Of a stretch of 64,000 bases of DNA, positions 1 through 13,736 are shown piece after piece. The notes under the pieces were generated by a model, which did not search any database, was not told the origin of the DNA, and worked only from the letters and a program-made list of their open reading frames with translations. Within the stretch, counting starts at the first letter, position 1. Every line of letters starts with the position of its first letter. The stretch is from NCBI GenBank assembly GCA_037447605.1, contig CM074806.1, forward strand, positions 3,100,001 to 3,164,000. The letters are read 5' to 3'. Source of the DNA: Zygnema circumcarinatum SAG 698-1b (taxonomy: Eukaryota > Plantae > Zygnematophyceae). The position numbers were made by a program, and so were the translations under genes.

Positions 1-772
1 CAGGCAGGCACGCAGGCAGGCGTAGGAGGGCGCTGGGCAACGGGGCTGCAAGGGAGGGAGGGAGGGAGGGAGGGAGGGAGGGAGGGAGGCCTGAGGGAAG
101 GGGACCTACTCTCCTGGCGGTGGCCTTCTTGGGAGAGCTTCACTGAAAAGGGAAGAGGTTTCTAGCAGATGAGTTCTATGTGCAAGAGGCACTTTTGCTG
201 GCAATCCATGAGCTTTCCTTCTGAGGTTGTTCGATGATCTCATCCTGGCAGTCGCAGCACATGTGCTGCAGCCTATGAAACATCGAACACCTTCTGAGTG
301 AGTTAGTTGTTTGAGTCCGTCAGGGCATCATGAGTGCGCCTGAAGCCTCTGCTATCTATAGGCTTCCTCAAGCTTTGGATGTATATTCACTTTTGCCGGG
401 TTATCCGAAAGATTAGGATTTGATTCTTATCGCAATCTCTTTGACAGTAAACAGAGCACTTTTTATGCTGACCATTGCCACAATGCTTCCCTCGATAGTG
501 AATTTTCCCAGCCTACGTTTTGCTTAAGTCCTATCTCTCTCCCTCAGCTCGTCACATGCTCCGATTGGAACTACTACACTTTAGGAATGTCCGTTATAGA
601 AAGATAAAGCTCGCCGGTATTGTTGAAAGGCGGTTTCGGAGAGGCCCCCCTACAAATCTGTCAGCTTGCGAAGGAGCTTTCGCTACCCGAAACATTGATG
701 AAACAATTTGCAAACCTTGTCATCGTGTGGCATCCACCTGAAAAAGTATTCAGCCGCATTGAGACTTCAGGA

Positions 773-3700
773 ATGGCCCTGGCAGCTGATGAGGAGTTGC
801 ATTGCAAAACATGCAGCTGCAAGGGAGAGGCAGCGGAGAGAACTGTCGAGTTAGCGAACACAAACGCTCCGGGATCACTAGTGAGAAGCATGGTTCAGCA
901 AGCAATGACAATTCAGTTTGTTTTGAATGCCAGCAACGCAGAGGTGGTTACAGCCAGCAGAGGGGCAACGAAAGCATTGGGTTTCAGTCAAGAGGAATTT
1001 TCAGGGGTGAGTTTTGAGAAATGTCTATTGCTTTCTACAGTGTATCGTTGTCCCCCCTCTGATATTCCTCAAGCAGTTGAAACAAAGGAGTCAAAGCACA
1101 GTCAGTTGCATTGTCAGTTGTAGTGAGGTTTCTCCCTCGCCTTGCCGATTAACTGCTTGCTTGCCATTAGAACAACTTACCTCCACTACTATTGGCCAGT
1201 CTTGTTTCGCCTTTTGGATACATTCACCATGACTTTTGCATTTTGACTTTCCCCAACCGTGCCCATCAATACTGCCTGTCAAACTTCAAGACGGAAACTG
1301 TTAGTTGCACCTTCCGAGATTTTCTCTGCACGCAGCTCCTCTCTTCTTCTTCTTCTTCGCAGGAGTTCACCATTAACGTGTCATGCTCGTGAGAGAAGTT
1401 TTCTGGCTGTTTCGTGTTCGTGGAGCTTCTATAGGATTACCGAATTCCGCTGAACTTGCTGGCTGCACATTCTTTTTTTTATTTTAATGTTCCATTCCCG
1501 AAATGAAAATGTAGTTACTATAGACAACAACAACTTGAACAAGAGTCGTTGTGACGGGCTTGTTCTGCCAACTTGGAATGAGTGGATAATTCAGAAGTAC
1601 CAATTTTAAATCTTCGTTCGTACTGTATAATGACTAGCTTTAGACATTTCAAATTGCAAGGAAGCTGACGGCATTCTGTGTCTATACGTTACGAAAGTTT
1701 GGAAATCATGAAGTCTATCTCCTTAGTCCATTCCCTAACATCTCAATCCAATTCTTCCAATTCTTTCAATTTCTTCTTCAATTTTTTCCTGCCAGACTTT
1801 TGCCCTAACTTCGTAACCACCTTCATTTTCCCTCGTATTGCAACAGGTCTCCCTGCTTAACATGATAGAGGATTTAGCCGTGGAGCAATGGAAAGCTGCT
1901 GTACATAGTCTAACATCAAGAGAACAGGATATCGTCTCTTTCAAGGCACTTCTAGGAAGAAAATCACACATAAAAAATCTGGGGGTACAGGGCAGAGCAG
2001 AGCAGAGCAGAGTTGAAGACAGCAGAGAAGAACATTTAGACCAGAAAGAAGACAGGAGAGAAGCTTCAGCCAGCAACGGGAATTCAAACTCTCAGTTTGA
2101 GGCAATAGAAGGGCCTGCAAGAAACTTTAAGAATTCACCAGCAAGACCTGGTCGTCCCAAGCATGTCCGCTTACGGACAGATGGAAGGAGAGTTAGTTTT
2201 GAGGAGAGAGTGGCTCCTCGAGTTATACAGAATGGGATAGTTGGAAGAGCTCCAGGCCAAGAAACGTCAAACATTAATGGAACGCCAGGATCATGGAATA
2301 CGGGGAAGAGTGATAGTGAATTGGGCATGGCTCAATCATTTGGGTGGGGCATAGTGCGATTTGCATCACGAACCTTGAGGGGTCGTAGGTCAAAAAAATC
2401 CAGTCGAAAGAAGCAACCAATAGGCGCTCCAGAAAATGAGGCTGTGCCTCATTCTGCTTCGGGGTTAGGTGCGGAGGAAAGAGGGATACTACCAGCAACA
2501 ATTGACCTGCAGTTCTTCGACCTGGATGGACAGAAGGAACTCGTGGCCATTGGTGAGTGGCTATGCTAGGGCCTTCAATGACTTAAACTCGCAAGATTCA
2601 CATGAGGTGGGCTACTAGAGACAAGAGCATTTCTGTGCTAGCCTCCATTATGGGGCAGAATATGTGCGTGATTTTTTCGCCAATGTCTTTGTGGACTGAA
2701 GAACTTAGAAACTCTAAGATGGGCCACGCAGAAGGTGAACTAGAGTGCAGGTAGTAGAGGACTGCTAAAGGTCTTGCTTTGCTTTCCAAACATTGACTTC
2801 ATTGGGTTGTAAGTGCCGTGTTGAATCGTGAATCATAAACCGAGTGGTCTTTTTCCAATGCAGTGCATCCTACACCTGAACAGTTTACATACCATTTGGA
2901 GCTCCATCAAGCCGAGCGAAAAGCTCAGCTCTTGGATCAAGCTGGAGTAGGCCAAGTTGTTCTCGACGTTTTCGAAGGCATCATCACCAACTGTAGCACC
3001 ACAGCTGCTCAGCTGTTGAATGCTTTTACAGAGACTCCCGTTGGGCAGACTCTGGAAAGTTTCATTCTGCCAGAGTATGCAGACATTTATGCGGTGAGTG
3101 GTGCAAACGTATTCCTAATTATCGTTTCATCATAGATTTCGTGCTAGCGAAACGACGGGGAGGCGGTTATTTGGATATCCAGGGTTATTATGGGGTGGAG
3201 ACCGCAAGAATGTGGGTATCATGTTTTTAATACTTGTTTCTATCAATGTAGCTACCAATGTAGCGCAAAGAAAAACTGCATTGGAACTGCAGTAGTGATG
3301 TACCAGCATGCATTCTTATGCTGCAAAGCAACGGGCATCACAATATTCTGTGATGTATTGAGGCTAGGCGCACTGCCATCACGTTTTCTCGTAGAGGAGG
3401 ATGTCAGGTAGACTTGCGACGCACAGGATCATTCCAATGATGCCCGATTGAAGTTGGGAAAAGTTGAAGTCACATGAAGTGTGACTCCCGTTCTCCTCAG
3501 GGTTACTCAGAAAACATTAGCTGAGGGATATAAGCAAACTCATGAAATGTCTTGAATTCAAAGAATCAGATCTTGCAAACCTGCCAGACTAGTAGGATTT
3601 ATGTTTTCCAGTGGGGTATGGCTGTGCATCCTGCTCAGAATACACAAAATCAGAAGCATGTCACCACATGTAGAAGTTTTATCCCCTTGATAGAAAGAGC

Positions 3701-6700
3701 ATTGGCCAGCTTGCAGGACGGCACACTTGACCAGAAGTTGCACGGAGATACTCTCAGCGACTATTGAACACTTATTAGCTCGCCACTTCGGCAACATCGT
3801 TCGCCCAATTAAATAATAACAATTTAGAATTCATTGTACTGCTTGTTGATGAAACGTTGGTGATGTCTACAGCATGATGTATTCATTTATTGAACCGGAA
3901 GCTTAAGAGTGGACCATGGGGTGATCTCACTGACCTTCTTTCTTCTTGCGCCGTTCCCGCAGGAGGAGTTGGACAAGGTGTGCAGTAATGCGGAGGACCG
4001 TGGGCAGATGGAGCTTCAGCTCAATCGTCCGAATGGTGGAGAGCTGTGGGTTCGCATTGGAATGATACGGTCATTTCAAAGGCTCTCGGGAGGCCAGAAG
4101 GATGACTTCATTGTTTGCTCCCTGGAGGATATTAGTGAATCAAAGAAGCAGGTAAATTATATGAGGGCCCATCAGCAGATGTCAACAGAACTGGACTCTT
4201 TGCAGTAATTGTTCGTGACGACTAGAAAGCAGCGTGGGGTCTCCATTCTTATGCTTGCAATGTGAAGACCAATATGTATGGTGGAATCAATTCTTTGTAG
4301 CTTGTTTTGGGAAAGGAAAGCAAGTTATCAGCTTTAACAGATTGCTTCACCGTGGAAAGGATGGAAACACGTTTTAGCTTTGAGGATACACGTTCCGGCT
4401 TGCAGGATATTGGCTCTTGATTCTTGAAATCCTTTTCTTTTGCAACTTGCAAGTTATGGCTGATGAATCCTTCTATTTCATTGTTAGCAACTCAATGATA
4501 CAGCGCAAATGCGGTGTATTCTGCAGCGGCGATTATCAGTCAATATTGAGGTTTTTCTCCCTTTTCTATTGTCTTGGACGTTTGAATCATATTTCACTCT
4601 AATCGCTTATTGGGAACTTGTGAAGGTGCAGATGATAAATCCAAGTGACATATTCATCGAAAAGTTGAAGTCTACATTGGAGGCATTATGGATGGGAGCA
4701 TGTTTAGTGTGTACATTGTCCTCAGGAAACGAAGGAGTCTTCACAAATGAAGCTTTGGAAACTGCCCTGGGGCTCAGGCAGGAGGAAACTTCCAGCTTAC
4801 AGACATTTCTGGAGCTGCTGTACGGGGAGAATGCTGACAAAGCAAGAGCTGCTTACAACAAAAGAAGCGAAGGAGGTCTAACAAGTGCAGACATACAAGG
4901 TGGTGTAACATTCAAGGTAATTAATTTATGGAGAATGAGAAAGGAAGTATGTCGACGAAACGAATGAGGCGCGTGTGAATTGAGTTGGCTCACCTTTCAT
5001 ATGGCTTTGCCGAGGTCTTCATGAACTGTAGAGCAGTACCTAGGGTTTGTACTTTATCCATATTGCAGTAGTGCTGTGTGTGTTTTGGGAGTAAACGGAT
5101 TAGTCTGTATCCGTGACCAGGGGTATCAGCTTCACAGGCGTTTACCGTATCTAAAACCCTTGCCAGATGCTCAATCCTGAGGTCATCCCTGTAGACTTTG
5201 GAGTCTTATGGCACATTGGGTTCTGAAGTACAACTTTGAAAGCCTAATAATACATTTATGGAAGTAGACAGGTATGAGCGTGAATAGTGAATGTCGCACT
5301 TTCAACCTCTGCTTGGGGACTTTGGAGATAATTCGCCATTAGTGCGGCCTTCAATCAGTCTTTATCGATGCTAATAGATATGAAAGGTCTGTGGGTGGTG
5401 CGGCGCAGCATAAAGATGGGTCTTTGCGGTACCTCGACGTTCATGCACAACAGCTTGAGGTTGGGGTGTTGTGGTTCGTCTGTGACATGACAGAGAAGCA
5501 GCGAACACTCAACAAGTATCTTGCTTTGTTTGAAGAGTCTTCAGTGAGTTGTACTGTGCCCTCTGCTAGCTGGATGCAGAGTTGCAATGGGGATCAAATC
5601 ACAAGGAAACATTTGGGGAACGGTCGTTTGGCTTAAGGAAAACTTCTGGTGCCTGATGGTTCAAGAGGTTTTTTTGCTGACAAGCAGGAAAGGCACACAC
5701 ATGAGTAACTCTCCTGGTCTACTTGATTTCGCCCTGAATTGTTTCAGAAGCTGTGAACAGTCATCCCTTGGCATAAAGATTCACCTTCATCTTTACAGTT
5801 GTTCCCTCGCTTCGCTTATCTTCGTCCTTCAACTTTTTCTGTCATCGCCTAGCTTTTTCCTTAGAACTATTAGTCATGCATCTTCTTCCCTAGAAAAACT
5901 AACTCCGTTAGGGCTTCCATTATTTTCACCCCCTGAGTTTTCTTCGCTCCTTGCTCATCTCTATGTGCAACCCGAGTTTCTTATCTTACTGCATTCGTGG
6001 CATTCGTTCCCTCTTACAAACCATTCATGTCATAAAGTTCACTTTCGTTTTCCCTCTTCTTCATGAGCCCCAACTTTGACTGCAGTGGCGCTGGCAAAAT
6101 GTAGACTCCATGTCTAATGTTACAGTCAATTCGCTGCAAGAAATGGATGAAGCATTGTATGCTGGAGGATGGCTTAAAATCAAAGGGTTCTATGGCCAGT
6201 TATTCTTTTGCCATGAGAAGCAGGTCATCCTTGTCACTTTTGTCCGTTATACTTGTAAATCCCAAAACCAGACGCTTTCCACCAGCAAATGACTTTAAGG
6301 ACACTTTTTCATACTACTGTTGTTGATGTTCTATTTTTTGTGGGCAGGACCCAAAAATGTTATGCAATGAAAAAGGCGAAATTGTCAACTGTAACGAAAT
6401 GGCCTTAAAGGTCTTGGGTTGCTCAGAAAAGACGGAAGTTTTGGGAAAAACTCCCTTGCAGCTGTCAGCAGGACGGCAGCCTGAGCTTCCTCAAGAAGAC
6501 ATCGACTTTCTTATTCGCGAAAGCTTTGCGGAGGAGGAGCCTTCGGCTCGACGGATAGAATGGAACTTCCGTCAGTCAGATGGACAAGATTTTCCTGTAG
6601 AGGTGCTGATGAAGTTGTTGCGAGTTAATGGCGAGCCGTTGTTCTTGATGGTGTGGCACGACATGCGACTGGTGAAGAAGCATGAGGCGGAAATGAAATT

Positions 6701-9700
6701 GGCAAAGGAACTCGCGGAGAAGGCTAGCATGCACAAATCGCAGTTCTTGGCAAACATGAGTCATGAGATCCGCACACCCATGAATGGTAAGCGAGGAAAT
6801 GAAAATTGAAAATGACGATCATTCAGTCAGCGCTTCAGAATGATACTAAGGATGAATGAGGAAAAGTGCTAAGGATGCACTCATGATCAACGACATGGTT
6901 GTTTCGGAAATATCGATCAATTATTGAAGAGTATCACTGGAGGATTGGAGGTCTCTATCGTCTATTGGCAAGAAATCTAAAAAGGCCATTTCTGGTTAGG
7001 CTGAAGCTGTTGTCGTTTGTAATCAGAATATGCTGCGATCACGCTGTAGGGTTCGTTACCTTCAGAACCTTCAGGTGTCAAAACTATGCCTTGCTATCTT
7101 GCTTTCACAAGAAGATGCAACACATCCAATTTCTCGCAAACTAGCGTGCCTTCATCCCTCCAATCCTTCCTGAACCCTTATTTTTTTCGTGTTTGTCAAA
7201 CCAGGTGTTATTGGTGTTGCAGAACTTCTTCTAGACACTCCGCTGACGGCCGAGCAGAGGTCAATGCTAGAGATGATCTGCTCTTCGGGAGACAATCTGC
7301 TGCGAATCATTTCGGATGTACTTGACTTGAGTAAAATTGAGGGAGAAATGCTTATTATTGAATTCAGTGAATTTAACTTGCGGAAGCATCTACAGGAGGC
7401 CATGGCTCTGGAAGATGTCGTTATTCGAGACAAAGGCCTCGAGGTATTGAATCTTTTATCCTGGAGACGAGATTCGAAATATTACAGAAAGGATTACGGA
7501 AGCGGTGACTAACTCTATTTTCACTTCTGAGACTGCAATGGGGTCACTCAGGACAAAGCGCTATTCCTTGTGTAGAACCGAGTCGCCCAGGTCCTCGCAG
7601 GGGTGCTATCAGCTCAGTTATTTTGGACTGGAAGATTTGTCTGTGATAAGCTGTTTCCAGGAGGGCTTTCGTTAGAGTCCTTTCATAATGAAAGTTAAGC
7701 ATGAGGCCCTATAGCACTGTACTATGCTTGTAAATTGAAACACCCCAGAACAGTGCTTTCGCTTCTCAATTGCATCCCATTTTTCAGGTGACATAACGCT
7801 GAAGACTGCTTGGTGGCTTTATTGTAAATCAGCTATGCACGGAGGTGGCTGATAACGTTCCACAGACGGTTGTTGGAGACATAGTTCGCATTCGACAAGT
7901 TCTGTTGAATCTGGTGAACAACGCGGCGAAGTTCACTGACGAGTTAGTGTTCTTGCCATACCCGAATGTCAGCCCACCTCTTTTTTGCTCTGTTCCTGCG
8001 GCTTCTGATGAGGGAAGCTCAACAGGCTTCTCACGGGAATGTTTATGTAACAGTTAAATGTTCTTTATCTGCAATATTTGATTCCAATCAATCGCCTTTA
8101 ACTATCGGAATGGGGACTTGAATAATACTGGGGTACTGTTCTACTTATGAAGAAAACAGCCCATGTAATTCTTGCTTCAGACCAATTTTGGGAGGGCTTG
8201 ATCGCCTGTTCTTTGTAATTCGTTGATTGCAGCGGAAAGATCACAGTGAAAGTCACTATGGAAAAAATGGAAGGACGACGGCGTGAATCTATGGAGGCCT
8301 TAGTAGGGCTAAAGGAGCGAAGTGATGAGCAGATTATCGTACGGTACGAGGTGACAGACACTGGTGTTGGAATCGCTCCGCATGTGCAGGACCGGCTTTT
8401 CGAAGCGTTTATGCAGGTACAGCTGAAGATTGGATTTGACTTCTCTTATGCTCCTATCAAGTCTACATAAGAACAACAGTGGAAGGGATCTGACACGGTG
8501 TAAAGATTCGCAGTTAAACTTGACGATGGATGCATGATTGATGTGTGTAGGAAGGCGGAAGAGATGTAATGGTGTTGATCCACTTGCAATTGGTACGGGT
8601 GCTTTGTTGGCTTTGGTTGGTTAATTGTTGTTTCTGTTTGCTTCCTATAATGTGGCTTCTCACTGATCTCACCTTACCTTGCAGGCTGATAACTCTACGT
8701 CTCGCGAATATGGGGGAACTGGTCCGTTTACATCAATTTCCCCTTTTTATGTCCCTTTTTCTGCAGCACTTGTAGGATTCCAATCTCAACTCTGTAACTG
8801 CTCATTTTGTGGTTCGTGTTTTCCTTTGCTTCACAGGTCTGGGGCTCGCGATCTGCAAATCGTTGGTGAATTTGATGGGTGGAGAAATTGGAGTAAATAG
8901 TATTCCAAAGCAGGTATTAACTGAAGTGACTAGCCTGGCCGTGGCTGATACTCTATTTGTGGTGGAGAATTTATTTACTTTCCCTTTCTCGGGTTGACGG
9001 CTTCATTATTCATTGGCATGCCATACTTGTTTCCTGCTTTCATATTGGGCTGAGATTGGCAGAAGATGAAACGAGTGTATCTGCTTTTCGGGAAGGATGA
9101 ATATTTCTCTGCAATCAGCTGAGTGCCTGTCAACTTTGCTCTTCTTCTAGCGCCGGTGATTGACCTGCTCACAAATATGAAGCTAGTCTGGTCACCCTAT
9201 AATGTGTGGGCAGCCTAGAGTAAGAATGGGGAGGTGTCCCGTTCTAGGCATCCGCTTGCACTCTGCCACTTTTACTGCTAGCTACCAATGCCTTTAAAAC
9301 TGACTAACCGTACTGTATTCATGTTCGCTGTGGATGTTTCCTGTTCTTATGGGTGGACAGGGATCCACGTTTTTCTTCACAGTAGTCTTAGGAGTGAGAC
9401 ACGGAAAGCGGCCACAAATGCGAGGATCAAAGCCGTATTCTGCCAACCCCACTGCTCCTCAGCAGAGAGTGAAGCTTCCAGACACAATCAAGACATGGAA
9501 GGCGTTAGTCGCAGAAGACAATAAGGTGAATCAGATTGTTGTGACTCGCATGCTGAAGAACCTTGGAATCAAGTATGAAGTGGTGGACAATGGTGCAAAG
9601 GCGCTGCAAGCGTGCACTGAAAATTACTACAACCTTGTGCTCATGGTGAGTGAGGCCGGATCCACCAAAGTGGGCGTGTATGTGAATGTTGCGACCCTGT

Positions 9701-10195
9701 AAGGGTAGGCACAGGACCGTTGTATACACCAAACTGGGAGAATGAATAGTCTGACAGAAGGTACTCTAAAATCAGACTTTGGATGGCTAACTGGAGATGT
9801 TCTCGCCTATTCTAATCTATCCTCTTGTGATCCGTAGTATGAAGCTTAATGGCACCGGGCAGTGGTTTAGAGCACAGCCCATTATGCAGGTTTTGTTAAC
9901 AGGTTGAGGTCACATCACGGCCCTCGTTGGATTGCAGGACTGTCACATGCCGGAGATGGATGGTATTGAGGCGACTCGCCGAATCAGGAACATGGAATTG
10001 GCGTCTCCAGGGAAGCGGCCCCTCTGCATCGCCGCTTTGACAGCCAGTGCCTTGAGCCACGAGCGGGAGGCCTGCGAGAAGGCGGGCATGAACTACTTCC
10101 TCACCAAGCCCATACGGCCCGCGGATTTAGAGGACCTTGTCCTCACCATGCTCGACAAAAAGCCCCTCTTGCGCACCGCCAGTGCTCAAATATAA
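773..10195 (+). CDS. Cytoplasmic hybrid histidine kinase with about 4 PAS/PAC modules, HisKA, HATPase_c and receiver; 14 exons, about 1135 aa
   Basis: Phase-consistent GT-AG exons: 773-1006, 1847-2552, 2864-3093, 3963-4151, 4632-4916, 5409-5543, 6348-6786, 7205-7443, 7833-7942, 8233-8416, 8685-8721, 8837-8913, 9361-9645, 9938-10195 (sum 3408 nt, divisible by 3). Motifs: H-box FLANMSHEIRTPMNG, N-box QVLLNLVNNAAKFT, G1 VTDTGVGI, G2 YGGTGLGLAICK, receiver AEDNKVNQ...LVLM|DCHMPEMDG...FLTKP. PAC-like segments WVRIGM..LEDISESK and FPVEV..VWHDMR. No transmembrane segment seen. Start ATG at 773 is the best guess. Confidence 0.9.
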
Positions 10196-11636
10196 GAAGG
10201 AACTCCTCTGACTCTCTCAAATCTGCTGATGCTGCCCACGTATGGGCTGAGGTTGTGGTTCTCTTTAAGCTTCACCTTTTTTAACCTCAAGGCCGACATG
10301 TGTCGCGGGGCAGAAACTGTACAAGTATTCATATTCTATGAGAGTGGCGCCAGAAGAACAGGTGACTCGGCGAAGAAGGAAGATGATCTTGCATTTGTTA
10401 CGCGGTAGCTCCTCCTTACAATAAGCGACACAGTACGCTCTGCGTTAGTTAACTGGTCGACTAATTGCATTTTTTGCCGTTCAATGGATTTGTTATTAGA
10501 GGAGGTAATGTCAAAGTCCGTTAGGTTGCTTTCTAACAGTGATTTTTATTCATAGGAGTTCTTACTCTGGTTCGCCTAGTGAATAGTGTTGACGAAAAAC
10601 GTAGTGTTTAGGGCTCCGAACAATCGAGGGAGACCTGCGATCGCTTTGGAGAATGGAATGTGCATACATGTCATTATGGGACTTTGTGGGAAGGAGAGGT
10701 TTCCACTAACCCTTTTGGAATAAAATGAAAATCTTTATATATGGAACTCCCGTGACTTCCTTCCCGGGGGAGGGGGGTGGGCTGTGTAGTTAACCACCAG
10801 ACATGTGTGGGGCTCAAAGAAGGGAGAGTGCAGTAAAGTAAAAACAAACCATTCATTTAGTTGGTGATTGCCATGTAATATTGGCAACTGCATCAAATGA
10901 TTTCGACATCTGGCGTGAAATAGGATCCACAGCCTGCGACCGTAAGCAAAAAGAAGCTCATGATAAACAAAATATATAGAACAAGGACCGAAAGCAGGAT
11001 GCAGAGACTCAAAAAAACGCCAGCCAACAACAAAGTGGTTCTCGTCGCAGATGGGCAATGTAAAGGCAAACATAGGACAGAAAAAATGAGAAAATAAATA
11101 CCAGAGCAAGGGACAGAAGACAGAGCAGAAGGCAACCCTGAAGAAAAAACACAGTGCCAACAAAGGAAAGCGAAAGAGAAATCCGAACAAACCGCAGCAG
11201 AGATAGAAAACAAAACAAAAAAATAAGGCACAAGAGCAGGGTGCAGTATAGTATAATAAATGGAGACTAGCACCAAGACGTGCCAAATTGGCGAAGCAAA
11301 AACGAAAAAAAAGCCGCAACCTTCAGCGAGAGGACGCGAGGAGATGGCCCTCAGCTCCATCCAAGCGCGCCGGCCCATCCCGATATCAACCGCAAACCCT
11401 AACCGCCCCTTTACATGTCGCAGTTTGACGGGTCCCAGTTCAGCATAGAGCCCACCACGTCCCCCCGCTTCCGCCACGTGTCCTCGAGCCAGCCGTTGCC
11501 GCGCCCCCCGCGATCACGGCGGCCCCACGCCCGCCACGTGTGGGTCAGAACGGCCACATTTTGTCGTATGCGGGAGACCGACGAGCGACCCGTTGGGGAC
11601 CCTTCCGGAACGGCCAGGGACCGCGGAGCCCATCAT

Positions 11637-11781
11637 CCAACGGCTCCCGAATGCGGCAATTCCCGGGAACTTCAGAACGCCGTCCGATAACTACGGCCGC
11701 CCGATCTCAGCCGTCCGATAGCTGCAATTGGCAAATCTCAGCCGTCCAATGGTTGCGATCAGCCAATTGTGGCCGTCCGAT
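11637..11781. promoter_or_regulatory. Cluster of GCCGTCC(G/A)AT motifs plus one TCCAACGGCT (MSA-like) motif
   Basis: GCCGTCCGAT near 11679, 11710 and 11772, GCCGTCCAAT near 11740, and TCCAACGGCT near 11636-11645. Lies about 600-700 bp upstream of the FLA1 ATG. Confidence 0.35.
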
Positions 11782-12124
11782 GGTCGTTGTCGGCCAATGG
11801 GAACCGGGGGACACTCGCCTCCCTGGTGGGAGCCGACCGCGCTTGAATTCGGGCCGGCGGGAGCGCCCGTTCGGGCCCTCGCGGGAAAGGTTGACCGCAT
11901 TTGACTGCCCGAAGATTGATTTTTAACGGCTACGGGCAGGCTTACGCAACCGAAAAATTTCAGAATATCGGAAAATGGAGAATTTGGGCCAATCGGGAGG
12001 TCTGGACAGGTTGGAGAATAGTTTTTTTGTACAGATACGGGCAGGTTGAAACCTATTCCTGCCCTCCTCGCCGAGGCACTCTCCCGTTCGGCGGGATTCG
12101 CGGCGCGGCCGGCGAGTGCGGCGG

Positions 12125-12178
12125 CGTGTCACGTCACGCGTCTGACAGAAGGCGCCGCGTGCGCTGTCAGGCGTGTCA
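12125..12178 (+). promoter_or_regulatory. Inverted TGACAG...CTGTCA motif pair upstream of FLA paralogue 1
   Basis: TGACAG at 12143-12148, CTGTCA at 12164-12169, and extra TGTCA cores. Followed by a GA-repeat leader. The same arrangement precedes paralogue 2. Confidence 0.4.
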
Positions 12179-12356
12179 GCGCTTGCAAAACTGCACCAGC
12201 GGCCGGAGAGGTAGGAGGGAGAGAAGTGGGGAGGGAGAGAGAGTGAGAGAGAGAGAGAGAGCGCGAGAAAGAGAGAGAGTGGGAGCGAGAGTAGGAGAGT
12301 GCTAGAGCAGAAGAGGGGAACGGAGAAAGAGGAAAGGTGGTAACTTGCACGCAACA

Positions 12357-13736
12357 ATGGCGACTCGTATGGCTATCGTTGTCGCGCTTTGTCTGGTAAT
12401 ATCAGTAGGTTATTGGAGCAGAGTGCAGGCCGAGCAGGAGTCCATTCTGGTGCAAGTGCTGGGGTCCAAGTACACCATGCTGGTGAAGCTGCTCGAAGAG
12501 GCGGACTTGCTGGGTGACTTGGAGTCGGACGAGAGTTTCGGCGATGGAGTGACGATTTTCGCTCCCTCTGACCTGTATCTGACGGAAAAGGTCTCGCCTG
12601 GTCTCCTCACTTTCCTGGAACAGCCGAGCAATACCAAGCTCCTTCGCCAGGTGCTTCTGAACCACATCGTCCGAGGGAAGCTCACGGCCAGGTCCTGGTA
12701 TCCAGGCGAAACTGTGAAGACATTCGCCGATGGCGATGCAAGACTGTACCTTGAGGGTGGAGAACTCAAAGTCAGTGGTGCGGTGGTTAAGGAAATTGGA
12801 GTTCTGGAAGCAGAGGATGGTGTGGTGCACTCCATCAGTGGTTTCCTGGTTCCAGATGAGGTAGAAGATGCTGCACACGCCTACCTGAAGGATTTGACTG
12901 AGGAGGTTTCAGAGCGAAGGGTCCTTCAGGACTCTACGCCTGTTATGTTAGCTCCCGCACCCGCTCCATCAGCAGCAACCCCCTCTTTCGATGAGTTGAT
13001 CGCTCAGCTTGCTGCCTTTGACTCTTTACTTAACCTGATCAACAGTAACAGTATGGTTTCCACTTTGATTGCCACTCTTCTAAGTGAAGGTGGTAACTTT
13101 ACTCTGCTAGCTCCAACGAACGCTGCTTTCACTGCAGCCGGTTCTGTTTTAGGTACTCTGGACAACAACACTGTTGCCGAAGTCCTCTTCTATCACATAG
13201 TGAAGGGTGAATACAATTTCGCGGATCTTGAGAAAATCGTTGCTCCATCCTCCTCAAGCAGGCGCCTTTTGCAGACCGCTTCCCTGGAAACCTATGCGAA
13301 TGACACTGTGGCCGTGACCTCATCTGCAGGCGCTGTCTATGTTGACGGCGTCAAGGTCTCGCAACCTGACCTCCTCGGCTCATCCATGACTGTTCAGGCG
13401 CTGGGAATCGATGGGGTTCTCATTCCCTCGTCTGTGACCGTGCCCCCTTCATCCCCGCCTCCGCCGCCTCCGTCTCCACCCCCTCCACCTCCCAGTGCAG
13501 GTATGATTTTCCTCCTGTAAACTCCGAGAAGCTAAATCAGTCTATGTTTTGTGATGCATAAACCAATTCTGATTATTTGGAGAACCGGGAAAGTATTCCT
13601 TTATCTGTTGTTTATTTTTGTTCTATGCCTGACTGACCATGGCTTTTTCACTTGCCTATGTACAGGTGCGAAGTCTGGCGCGTCTTCGATTCTCGTCCCA
13701 GTTTCTATGCTGCTTGCGGCCATGTTCTTTCTGTAG
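12357..13736 (+). CDS. FLA: Fasciclin-like arabinogalactan protein (signal peptide, 2 FAS1 domains, Pro-rich linker, probable GPI signal), paralogue 1
   Basis: Exons 12357-13500 and 13666-13736. N-terminal signal MATRMAIVVALCLVISV. FAS1 H1 motifs VTIFAPSD and FTLLAPTN; H2 motifs DGVVHSISGFLVP and ALGIDGVLIP. APAPAPS glycomodule, SPPPPP tract and hydrophobic tail GAKSGASSILVPVSMLLAAMFFL. Confidence 0.9.

Noticed and set aside
6348-6786. PAS domain as a LOV blue-light sensor
   Set aside because: No GxNCRFLQ motif in any of the PAS modules; IVNCNEMA is the generic PAS core.
10735-11477. Two 194-aa minus-strand ORFs rich in F/L/C as membrane proteins
   Set aside because: They are translations of T-rich low-complexity DNA in overlapping frames, with non-ATG starts and no motifs.
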